Shown here: positions 20,394 through 27,387 of the stretch, in pieces
How positions within the stretch are numbered: position 1 is the stretch's first letter
How the letters are laid out: each line of letters opens with the position of its first letter
Assembly: GCA_009912575.1 (NCBI GenBank)
Contig: WNDP01000005.1
Location: 30,500-62,499 of the forward strand
Direction of reading: 5' to 3'
Length of the DNA stretch: 32,000 nt
DNA from: Acinetobacter bereziniae
GTDB taxonomy: Bacteria; Pseudomonadota; Gammaproteobacteria; Pseudomonadales; Moraxellaceae
The notes under the pieces: model-generated
Told to the model about the DNA's origin: nothing
The model's input: the letters and a program-made list of their open reading frames with translations, nothing else
Databases searched by the model: none
Translations under genes and position numbers: made by a program

Positions 20394-21287
20394 TTGATTG
20401 ATCTAAGTCTTATCAAAGTGTTTGTCATTATTTTTGAAACCAAAAATATCAGTCATGCGGCTGAACGACTGAATTTGAGTCAGCCTTCAGTCACCTATAA
20501 TTTGAACCGTTTACGAAAATCTTTAAACGATCCACTCTTTGAGCGAGATAAATTTGGAGTAAAACCCACCAAACTTGCGCAAAGTTTATATCCCAGTTTT
20601 AGGCAGGCGATTTCTGATATTGAAATGGCAATTATCGCTTCACAACGATTTGATCCCAAAACATCCACGCGAGTCTTTCGTTTAGGATTATCAGACTTGG
20701 GCGAAATATGTTTATTACCATCATTGATTCAACATCTGGCACAAGAAGCACCATTTATTAAAATAGAAATTGAAGAAATTCAATCTGATAAAGTCGAGGA
20801 GTGGCTAGTTGAGGGTTTTTTAGATGCGGCTGTATTTAATAGTAGCTATACCGTCATGCCGAAAATAGAATCTCGCAACTTATTTGAAGAACGCTATATG
20901 TGCATTGCTGGCAAAAAACATCCACGGGTTAGAGAGCAACTGAGTTTAGAACAATATTTACAAGAAAAACATGCAGCTATTAAATCTTCGACAGGGCATA
21001 TTGAAATTGATCAAAAGCTTAAGGAGTCGGGGCTGAAAAGAAAAATTATGCTAGAACTTCCTCATTTTAGTGTATTGCAAGATGTGGTGAACAGTTCTGA
21101 ATTATTGGTGACTTTGCCTTCACGTGCTGCAAAAGTGTATGAGCGAAATAGTGATGTAAATAGTTTTGAATTACCATTTTCAGTCAAACCCTTTAATGTC
21201 AGCGTAAATTGGTACAATCATCGAGATGATTTAGATGCACGAACTTGGTTTATCCAAACGCTACAACAGCTTTTTCAATCACTCTAA
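20394..21287 (+). CDS. LysR family transcriptional regulator
   Basis: 297 aa from a TTG start. N-terminal wHTH (HAAERLNLSQPSVTYNLNRLRK) plus a substrate-binding domain. Confidence 0.9.
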   Translation: MIDLSLIKVFVIIFETKNISHAAERLNLSQPSVTYNLNRLRKSLNDPLFERDKFGVKPTKLAQSLYPSFRQAISDIEMAIIASQRFDPKTSTRVFRLGLSDLGEICLLPSLIQHLAQEAPFIKIEIEEIQSDKVEEWLVEGFLDAAVFNSSYTVMPKIESRNLFEERYMCIAGKKHPRVREQLSLEQYLQEKHAAIKSSTGHIEIDQKLKESGLKRKIMLELPHFSVLQDVVNSSELLVTLPSRAAKVYERNSDVNSFELPFSVKPFNVSVNWYNHRDDLDARTWFIQTLQQLFQSL

Positions 21288-21387
21288 AGCACAGATCAGA
21301 CGATTTGCTGAATGGGGGTTTCAACAAGGTGACTATATAGTGGCTTTTAAAGAGTCTATACATAACTATTAAGTCATTTAAAATGAT

Positions 21388-21417
21388 AAAAACCCTCTAA
21401 ACGATTAGAAGGTTTTT
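21388..21417. terminator. terminator hairpin between convergent LysR and receptor genes
   Basis: AAAAACCCTCTAA-acga-TTAGAAGGTTTTT, one mismatch, with A-run/T-run flanks suited to both directions. Confidence 0.5.
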
Positions 21418-21443
21418 AAAAAGAAAATTAAATATGAGTGGGA

Positions 21444-23588
21444 TTAGAAATTATAACGAACACTTAGCGTTGCATTTCTTGGTGTTCCCCAGTTCATAGA
21501 ATTAGCACCAATACCTTCATAATATTTTTTGTCAAAAATATTTTCAACATTCAGCTGAAGTTTAATATTTTTATCGACTTGATAGCCCAGCATTGCACCC
21601 GCGAGTACGAAAGCATCTTGATCTATACGTGTGCTTCCAGTGCCAGTGTAGTATTTGCTTTTGTAATTTAAGCCAAGTCCAGCGCTCCACTGATCTAATT
21701 TATATTTTACAAATAGATTCGAGGTCGTACGTGAATTTGTAGTGTTTACTTTAACGCCTTTAGCATCTTTTGCTTCAAAATTAGCAATACCAAAGTTTAT
21801 TCCCCAATGATCATTAATTTCACCATCTGCTTCGAACTCAAAACCTTTACTTTCAACCCCATCTACACCACGATAAGCTTGTTCATTTGTAAGCTGGCCA
21901 TTACGTACAATAAATTGTCCTGTTATTTCTTCAGCAAAATTTGATTGTTGAATACGAAATAGTGATAAAGCGGTATTTAAACGACCTCCAAACCATTCAC
22001 TTTTTAAACCAGCTTCGTAATTCTTACCTTGGGCTGGGTCTAGGTACTGATCATTCACATCTTTACGACTTTGTGGTTTAAAAATGTCTGTATAGCTGAC
22101 ATAAACAGAGTGATCTTTGGCAAAATCATAAATAGCACCAATATAAGGTGTTACTTCGTTGTTAAATTCGCGATTGCCCACACCATTTGCAGATTCATAT
22201 TTCCAATTTGATAAACGCGTTCCTGCAATCACTTTTAGAGGATCAAGAATTTGAAATTTACCAGAAATATATGCTGAGCTTTGTGTGGTTTCATTCAGTA
22301 CATTGACTCCATTTAATACCACAGATCGGAGTAGGGGCTGTGCCATATTGTTATAGTTAAGTGGTCCACCTAAATATTTTTCGATTTCACTATTGGTATT
22401 TGAGCCACCAAAAATATCTTTAGTTTTCTCATTTTTGTTCCATGAACCACCGATAATAATTTCTTGTGGACGATTGAACAATGTAAAAGGTGCATTGATG
22501 AAAAGATCAATATTGTTTTCTTCATTTGTTGATTCAGAACCATATATAGACACATTATCTGTGATTTTACCTGTCTTTGGATCAGGCTTATTTTTCAATG
22601 GACTGGTGTTGGTTGCTTTATCGACTTGACCACCTGTATACAGTAGTTGGGTATTTGCATCTTCTTTACGGAAGGTATAAGCCACATTTAAATTCACATC
22701 GTTGAATAAATTTTGTTTTAAATTGGCAAATACAGCTGTGGTATTGACATCCCAAAAAGTCCAAGGCGCACTTACCGTCAAGCTTCGATCAAAATTAGTA
22801 CGACTTCCATCCGTATAAAATGCTGGAGTACCTCCCCAACGAATCCCATCACGCTGCAACTCTTGATAGGTTGCTCCCAGCGACATACTGGTTTTATCAC
22901 TTAAGTCATAATTAATTGCACCGTAAAATACATTACGCTCTTTTTCATAATAATCCATAAATGACTTTTCATCTGAATGTTTGACAAACATGCGTCCACG
23001 CAGTGAGCCATCATCATTTAGCGGGGTTGAAATGTCCGCAGAACTACTCCATGAGTTCCAAGATCCAAATGATGTATTCAGATTTCCAGTCAACTCTTTG
23101 GCATTGGCATGTTTACGTACCATATTGAGTCCCATTGCAGGGTTACCAGCACCTGTAGTCAGCCCATTTGCACCTTTAATCACTTCAACACGATCGTAAA
23201 TGTCTAAATCAAGATCACCAGCACCTAAGTTTGTAGTGCTTGGCATGCCATCTATTAAATAGTAATCCACCTGAAAACCACGAGCATAAACAGATTGGCG
23301 TTCATCAGTGCGAGAAGTGGAAACACCTGTAATGGTATTCATTAAGTCCTGAAATGAATCAATGTTTCGGTCATCTAAGTATTCCCGAGTCAATACTTTG
23401 ACTGATTGAGGCGTTTCACGTAGTGACAAATTTAATTTGGTTGCTGTACTTGTACTTTTGGCAGTGTAACTTTGAGTGCCTTCTGTGACCGAAGGGTGCT
23501 GGCTTTCCGCTTCTACTTTGATGGTTGGTAAAGCGACTGTTTCAGTATTTTCTTCAGCATAAACAAGTGTCGGAATAGTTAAAGCCAT
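21444..23588 (-). CDS. TonB-dependent siderophore receptor, 5'-truncated (start of signal peptide missing)
   Basis: 714 aa. Plug (ETPQSVKVLTREYLDD, RGF) and barrel ending ...ATLSVRYNF. The ORF opens with MALTIPTLVYA/EE, which is only the tail of a signal peptide, and an in-frame TGA lies immediately upstream. Confidence 0.85.
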   Translation of the reverse strand: MALTIPTLVYAEENTETVALPTIKVEAESQHPSVTEGTQSYTAKSTSTATKLNLSLRETPQSVKVLTREYLDDRNIDSFQDLMNTITGVSTSRTDERQSVYARGFQVDYYLIDGMPSTTNLGAGDLDLDIYDRVEVIKGANGLTTGAGNPAMGLNMVRKHANAKELTGNLNTSFGSWNSWSSSADISTPLNDDGSLRGRMFVKHSDEKSFMDYYEKERNVFYGAINYDLSDKTSMSLGATYQELQRDGIRWGGTPAFYTDGSRTNFDRSLTVSAPWTFWDVNTTAVFANLKQNLFNDVNLNVAYTFRKEDANTQLLYTGGQVDKATNTSPLKNKPDPKTGKITDNVSIYGSESTNEENNIDLFINAPFTLFNRPQEIIIGGSWNKNEKTKDIFGGSNTNSEIEKYLGGPLNYNNMAQPLLRSVVLNGVNVLNETTQSSAYISGKFQILDPLKVIAGTRLSNWKYESANGVGNREFNNEVTPYIGAIYDFAKDHSVYVSYTDIFKPQSRKDVNDQYLDPAQGKNYEAGLKSEWFGGRLNTALSLFRIQQSNFAEEITGQFIVRNGQLTNEQAYRGVDGVESKGFEFEADGEINDHWGINFGIANFEAKDAKGVKVNTTNSRTTSNLFVKYKLDQWSAGLGLNYKSKYYTGTGSTRIDQDAFVLAGAMLGYQVDKNIKLQLNVENIFDKKYYEGIGANSMNWGTPRNATLSVRYNF

Positions 23589-23663
23589 TCAAATTAATGT
23601 TTATCAGACTTGATCACCATATAGATAGGCTAAGGTAGTTCGTGATCCAAACGTGTTAATCAT

Positions 23664-23720
23664 GTGGACGTTAAAAAACTAACGTCCAAACTCAAATGGA
23701 CGTTAATAAATTAACTTCCA
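23664..23720. repeat. two adjacent palindromes built on TGGACGTTAA half-sites
   Basis: TGGACGTTA (23664-72) / TAACGTCCA (23680-88), and TGGACGTTAA (23697-706) / TTAACTTCCA (23711-20, one mismatch). Confidence 0.6.
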
Positions 23721-23731
23721 GTTAGCGCAGG

Positions 23732-23759
23732 ATTTTGCATAACGAATATTATGTTACTT
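23732..23759 (+). other. dif-like XerC/XerD site L1 (ATTTTGCATAA-CGAATA-TTATGTTACTT)
   Basis: 10/11 XerC-arm and 9/11 XerD-arm matches to ATTTCGCATAA-N6-TTATGTTAAAT. Confidence 0.7.
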
Positions 23760-23765
23760 AACTTG

Positions 23766-23846
23766 CTCTCCAGGACAAATTATCCTGGTCTAGATTTGTC
23801 CTGGAGAGTTGTACAAACATTTATTAATCCTGGCTGCGCCAGGATT
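23766..23846. repeat. left att spacer: two hairpins
   Basis: Perfect 15-bp stem CTCTCCAGGACAAAT (23766-80) / ATTTGTCCTGGAGAG (23794-808). Perfect 9-bp stem AATCCTGGC (23826-34) / GCCAGGATT (23838-46). Confidence 0.75.
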
Positions 23847-23872
23847 TTAGGGTGTGCAATCTCTGACGAGTT

Positions 23873-23901
23873 ATTTAACATAAAATGAAGTTATGCGACT
23901 T
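23873..23901 (-). other. dif-like site L2, inverted relative to L1
   Basis: Plus strand reads ATTTAACATAA-AATGAAG-TTATGCGACTT. The XerD arm is 11/11 canonical and the XerC arm 9/11, with a 7-nt centre instead of 6. Confidence 0.65.
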
Positions 23902-24150
23902 CAGAATGACATAAAGTTGAAAGTTATGATTGATTATAGATTTGAAGGAAAAAAAAGAGTTGGTGGGGCTACAATTGGTATTACAGCATCAAAGGGAAGA
24001 GATGGTCTTTATACGATTTATGGTGGAATGTATGATTTAGATGCTGTTCCAACATCTAAATTATTAGGATCTAATATAAAAACTATTGATCAAATTAAAT
24101 ATGAAGCAAAATTATTTTTTAATTTATCGAAAATAGAAGATATTTCTTAA
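23893..24150 (+). CDS. hypothetical protein (prophage left-end orphan)
   Basis: 85-aa ORF followed by a strong terminator. No recognisable motif. The start may be the internal ATG (MIDYRFEGKK...). The first ATG lies inside dif-like site L2. Confidence 0.45.
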   Translation: MRLQNDIKLKVMIDYRFEGKKRVGGATIGITASKGRDGLYTIYGGMYDLDAVPTSKLLGSNIKTIDQIKYEAKLFFNLSKIEDIS

Positions 24151-24156
24151 TTTAAA

Positions 24157-24187
24157 AAGAGTCCACGTTTTTTAATGGTGGACTCTT
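24157..24187. terminator. bidirectional terminator AAGAGTCCAC-N11-GTGGACTCTT
   Basis: Perfect 10-bp stem with a T-rich loop/flank, between convergent ORFs 23893-24150 and 24204-24473. Confidence 0.7.
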
Positions 24188-24203
24188 GTACCATAATGGT
24201 ATT

Positions 24204-24473
24204 TTATTCAACCTGACGTCCTTTATATTGTTCATTTGGATAAAGTTTTCGCCATGATTTGTCTGAGCGTTCCCAAATAGCATTTCCTTCAGTTAATTTA
24301 CGAAATTCTTTTAAAACACTTTTAGAAATTGCTAAATTTCCATTGTCATTTTGATAGACAAAAGTTTTTCCAAATAATTTAGCAATTGAGTACACTGCTT
24401 GTTCTTGATAAAGGCGACCTAATTTATCTAGTTGCTCCTTCATCCAATTCGCTACGTCTATTTCTGTTGTCAT
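24204..24473 (-). CDS. hypothetical protein, second gene of the repressor operon
   Basis: 89 aa, starting 24 nt downstream of the RHH gene on the same strand. Basic C-terminus. No motif recognised with confidence. Confidence 0.6.
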   Translation of the reverse strand: MTTEIDVANWMKEQLDKLGRLYQEQAVYSIAKLFGKTFVYQNDNGNLAISKSVLKEFRKLTEGNAIWERSDKSWRKLYPNEQYKGRQVE

Positions 24474-24497
24474 TTTATACCTGTTAAAAATGTTAAT

Positions 24498-24689
24498 TTA
24501 TTTGGGAATAATTACATTCCCACTTGCACCAACTTCAATAAATTCAATGCCTTGCTCAATTAGAATATGAACAAGTTCACTATCTCTAATTGGCTGTTGT
24601 CCTTTCTGAATAAGTATTTTATTCAATTCAACAGCCTTCTTTCTCAAGGCTTCTTGCTCTTGATCGTTCAGGCGAACACTTTGAACCAT
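24498..24689 (-). CDS. ribbon-helix-helix (CopG/Arc-like) putative phage repressor
   Basis: The ORF track extends to 24806, but GGAG sits 8 nt before the ATG at 24689. The 63-aa product MVQSVRLNDQEQEALRKKAVELNKIL...IRDSELVHILIEQG fits a beta-strand/helix/helix RHH pattern. Divergent from the replication module, like rstR in CTXphi. Confidence 0.6.
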   Translation of the reverse strand: MVQSVRLNDQEQEALRKKAVELNKILIQKGQQPIRDSELVHILIEQGIEFIEVGASGNVIIPK

Positions 24690-24704
24690 CTTTAAATCTC
24701 CATA

Positions 24705-24810
24705 GTCCACATGTGGACGTGTTTTCAATAATACTTGCATTTTTGCATGCAAATATTGTGCATGCATATATGCTTGTGGTAAATTGATAAAAATGCATTT
24801 ATGCATGCAT
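24705..24810. promoter_or_regulatory. divergent promoter/operator region with palindromes
   Basis: GTCCACATGTGGAC (24705-18), TTTGCATGCAAA (24742-53), TGCATGCA (24759-66), ATGCAT (24792-97), ATGCATGCAT (24801-10). Confidence 0.55.
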
Positions 24811-25096
24811 GTCTTCAGAGTCTCAAATTGGGCTGGAATTTATCATAATGAGCATAGTTACTTTTAAAAATAATCTTGATTTTATACAAGCCGCTTTCAA
24901 TCAGATTGCCAAAATAGTTGCCGAGCATGGTCATCCTTGCCTAGACGTATGCTGTCCTGCTGAATCAACAGAACAATGTCTTGAACATTTGGCTGTCGTC
25001 GCAAATGACTGGTCGTATGACTACTCACTCATTGATGCCCACCTAGAAACTTATAAAAAAGCCAATGCTGAAATTCGTGAATATTTAGGAGAGTAA
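24809..25096 (+). CDS. hypothetical protein upstream of the replication initiator
   Basis: 95 aa (or 82 aa from the ATG at 24848). His/Cys cluster HGHPCLDVCCPAESTEQCLEH. The stop lies 1-4 nt before the Rep start. Confidence 0.5.
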   Translation: MSSESQIGLEFIIMSIVTFKNNLDFIQAAFNQIAKIVAEHGHPCLDVCCPAESTEQCLEHLAVVANDWSYDYSLIDAHLETYKKANAEIREYLGE

Positions 25097-25097
25097 G

Positions 25098-26549
25098 GTG
25101 ATGGACAAGGCATGTGAACTGATTAATCAAATCCAAGACTTCGATATAAATATTAATCAACTTACAGAGGTCTATGAACACTCTAATTCCATCATGGATG
25201 AAATTGTCTTAGCTGCTACATACTCAGAAATTGATCTTCGTGTTTGTCAAAATCTTAAAGATTATTTGAATGGTATTGTTCAGAACAAATTGAACCATTG
25301 CCAACAGCTCATCGCTAAAAAACAGAAGCAACCTCAAGACAATTCAGTTATTCAAACCTTTGAACATAAAATAGCCAAAGTGTTGGTAAACACGGCAGAA
25401 TCAACTGCCAAGCATGATGTTCAACCCCCAATTTATAATATGGGGGTTACGGATTCACAACAGGCATCTGAACAATGGGCTTTTCCAAGATATTTAGATA
25501 ACCACAAGATTATCTCTACAGGGAAAGGCATTGTTCCAGTACCAATTGCTGCAAAGGTCGATAATGGTATAGCTGGTATAGATTGGGTGAGCTTCAGCAT
25601 TCCTTTATCACGTTTCCATGAAAAATATTCTTCTCTTAATCCTTTGGTTGAGGATGAGGCTCTAACTGAATTACTCGAATCTATTATAGATCAAGAACTC
25701 TTTGAGTTATTTGGATTTGGTCTAGGTCAAAAGCGTGATAAAGGCATGCACTTCAATAAATATGCCTACACATTACAGGATGACTTAGGCATGGTTCTGT
25801 ATGGCAATACTCAAAAATCTATTATTGTGCAAATCAATGGTTCAGGATGTGCGCTTGCCCGTAAAGGTTGGAATGAACAACTTTATAAATATTTAAAACA
25901 AATCAAAGGTTCAAAGCTTTCTCGTGTAGATATTTGCTTTGATGACTTTGAGGGTGAATACATCACCCTAGATGAAGCTGATCAATGGGATACGCAAGAA
26001 ATGTTTTGGGTTTCTGGTCGTGTTCCTGATTCAAGACATGCTGGTAATTGGAAACGTCCCAATGGAAAAGGACGTACTTTATATATCGGTGTTCGTGAAA
26101 GTGGTAAATCTTGCCGAATTTATGAAAAAGGTAAAGAAAAGGGTGATGCTTTAAGCGAATGGGTTCGTATTGAAGTCGAATTTAAAGCGAGTGACCGTTA
26201 CCTAGAATTAGAAATATTGCTCTCACCATCACAATATTTTATCGGTGCTTACCCTGTATTTAATGAGATCTTATTACCAAGATTAGGGCAATACATCATG
26301 CCTGAAAAGACTGAAATCATTAAAAAACAATCACAAATCGAATGGAAAAAAGCTATCGAAATTACCAAAAGCCAATTTGGTAAATACATTCGCCAGTTCC
26401 GAAAAGTCTATGACGATTCTGAATTACTTACCATGCTTTCATCTTCTAAAGATGAAGTACCAAAACGTCTGAAATTCTCTGCAATTGCAGCAATGCAAGC
26501 CGTTCGTATTAATCAACCAATTTATGAGGAATTAGCTCATGCAGTTTAA
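25098..26549 (+). CDS. rolling-circle replication initiator, Rep_trans / RstA-gpII-like
   Basis: 483 aa. RVDICFDDF, LYIGVRESGKSCRIYEKGKEKG and WVRIEVEFKA match the Rep_trans (PF02486) pattern seen in CTXphi RstA. AGGAG lies 8 nt before the ATG at 25101. Confidence 0.88.
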   Translation: MMDKACELINQIQDFDININQLTEVYEHSNSIMDEIVLAATYSEIDLRVCQNLKDYLNGIVQNKLNHCQQLIAKKQKQPQDNSVIQTFEHKIAKVLVNTAESTAKHDVQPPIYNMGVTDSQQASEQWAFPRYLDNHKIISTGKGIVPVPIAAKVDNGIAGIDWVSFSIPLSRFHEKYSSLNPLVEDEALTELLESIIDQELFELFGFGLGQKRDKGMHFNKYAYTLQDDLGMVLYGNTQKSIIVQINGSGCALARKGWNEQLYKYLKQIKGSKLSRVDICFDDFEGEYITLDEADQWDTQEMFWVSGRVPDSRHAGNWKRPNGKGRTLYIGVRESGKSCRIYEKGKEKGDALSEWVRIEVEFKASDRYLELEILLSPSQYFIGAYPVFNEILLPRLGQYIMPEKTEIIKKQSQIEWKKAIEITKSQFGKYIRQFRKVYDDSELLTMLSSSKDEVPKRLKFSAIAAMQAVRINQPIYEELAHAV

Positions 26550-26826
26550 AACAACTATTACCGTACTTGGAGCAAAGAGTTCAAAAGGTGAGTTCAACGG
26601 TAAACCGTATGATTCAACAACAATCTTTTTCCAAGCTGAATTACAAGATGGGGACAATTTTGTTGGTCAAGTGGGTGAACAAATCCGCTGGGGTACATCT
26701 GCCAATTTTGAAAAGTTAAAAACTTTGAAATTTCCATTGAATGCAGAAGCAACAATGGAGCAGGTGAGTAACGGTAAATCAATGGTCACAATCTTAAAAG
26801 ACCTTGTGCCGCAACTACAAAAATGA
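26539..26826 (+). CDS. putative ssDNA-binding protein (gene V / RstB analogue)
   Basis: 95 aa. Overlaps the Rep stop by 11 nt. Position, size and a KG..NGKPY...F beta-rich pattern resemble Pf3/Ff G5P OB-fold proteins. Confidence 0.55.
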   Translation: MQFKTTITVLGAKSSKGEFNGKPYDSTTIFFQAELQDGDNFVGQVGEQIRWGTSANFEKLKTLKFPLNAEATMEQVSNGKSMVTILKDLVPQLQK

Positions 26827-26915
26827 GTTGTTTAGTTTATAGCTGTAATAGATGTGGTGCGTATTTCTTTTATGAAAATGTACTGAAACATCATGAAAAA
26901 CAATGCAATGGATAG
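26823..26915 (+). CDS. 30-aa micro-ORF with C-X2-C-X12-H-X3-C zinc-finger spacing
   Basis: Its ATG overlaps the TGA of the upstream gene (ATGA). MSCLVYSCNRCGAYFFYENVLKHHEKQCNG. Below the ORF-track length cutoff. Confidence 0.4.
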   Translation: MSCLVYSCNRCGAYFFYENVLKHHEKQCNG

Positions 26916-26926
26916 GAATTTAAGAA

Positions 26927-27112
26927 ATGCACGTCTGCAAAACTTTATCACCGCAAAATGAGTCAGGTTTGCAAACGTGCTTGGAATGGCAGGAACAAAA
27001 ACCGTTCTTGCCAAATTTAACGGTACAGCAAGCCGACCAAATGTTAGTCGCAATCGTGGGCTGCTTTGCCGTTGTTTTCATCGTCAAGCAAGTTATCAGC
27101 TTGCTTAAATAA
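26927..27112 (+). CDS. small membrane protein (possible minor coat, pVII/pIX position)
   Basis: 61 aa. AGGA 10 nt upstream. C-terminal TM segment MLVAIVGCFAVVFIVKQVISLL. Lies between the ssDNA-binding and major coat genes. Confidence 0.4.
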   Translation: MHVCKTLSPQNESGLQTCLEWQEQKPFLPNLTVQQADQMLVAIVGCFAVVFIVKQVISLLK

Positions 27113-27122
27113 TGAGGTTTAT

Positions 27123-27344
27123 ATGGAAACTCAAGTTAAAGAAAAAAACAAGGCTCTACCTGTTGCTTTGGGTACAGCATTAATGGTTGCAACTGGCTCT
27201 GCCTTTGCTGAAGGTGATTTAGCAACTGGTGCAACAACTGCCATTAGTGGTGGTTCATCTACACTTCAAACAGTTGGTATTGCCATTATTGGTGTAGTTG
27301 CTGGTGTATGGGTCATTAAACGTGTGATTGCATTAATTCGTTGA
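27123..27344 (+). CDS. major coat protein precursor (pVIII-like)
   Basis: GAGG 5 nt before the ATG at 27123. The 73-aa precoat has a signal peptide ending GSAFA/EGD. The mature ~44 aa has an acidic N-terminus, hydrophobic core IAIIGVVAGVWVI and basic tail KRVIALIR. Confidence 0.8.
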   Translation: METQVKEKNKALPVALGTALMVATGSAFAEGDLATGATTAISGGSSTLQTVGIAIIGVVAGVWVIKRVIALIR

Positions 27345-27387
27345 TTCAACTTACCCCATTACAGCGATGTAGTGGGGCTTTAAACTT

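Noticed and set aside
22370-23199. ORFs 22370-22555(-), 22393-22629(+) and 22981-23199(+) within the siderophore receptor gene
   Set aside because: Alternative-frame or antisense ORFs inside a gene with clear receptor motifs.
23631-23650. GGTAGTTCGTGATCC as a tRNA T-arm fragment (possible tRNA-type att site)
   Set aside because: It does not fit the GGTTCGAATCC pattern, and no acceptor or anticodon stem can be built around it.
25972-26782. ORFs 25972-26154(+) and 26594-26782(-) inside the Rep and G5P-like genes
   Set aside because: Overlapping alternative-frame or antisense ORFs. The phage genome is compact and all supported genes in this block are in the other frames.
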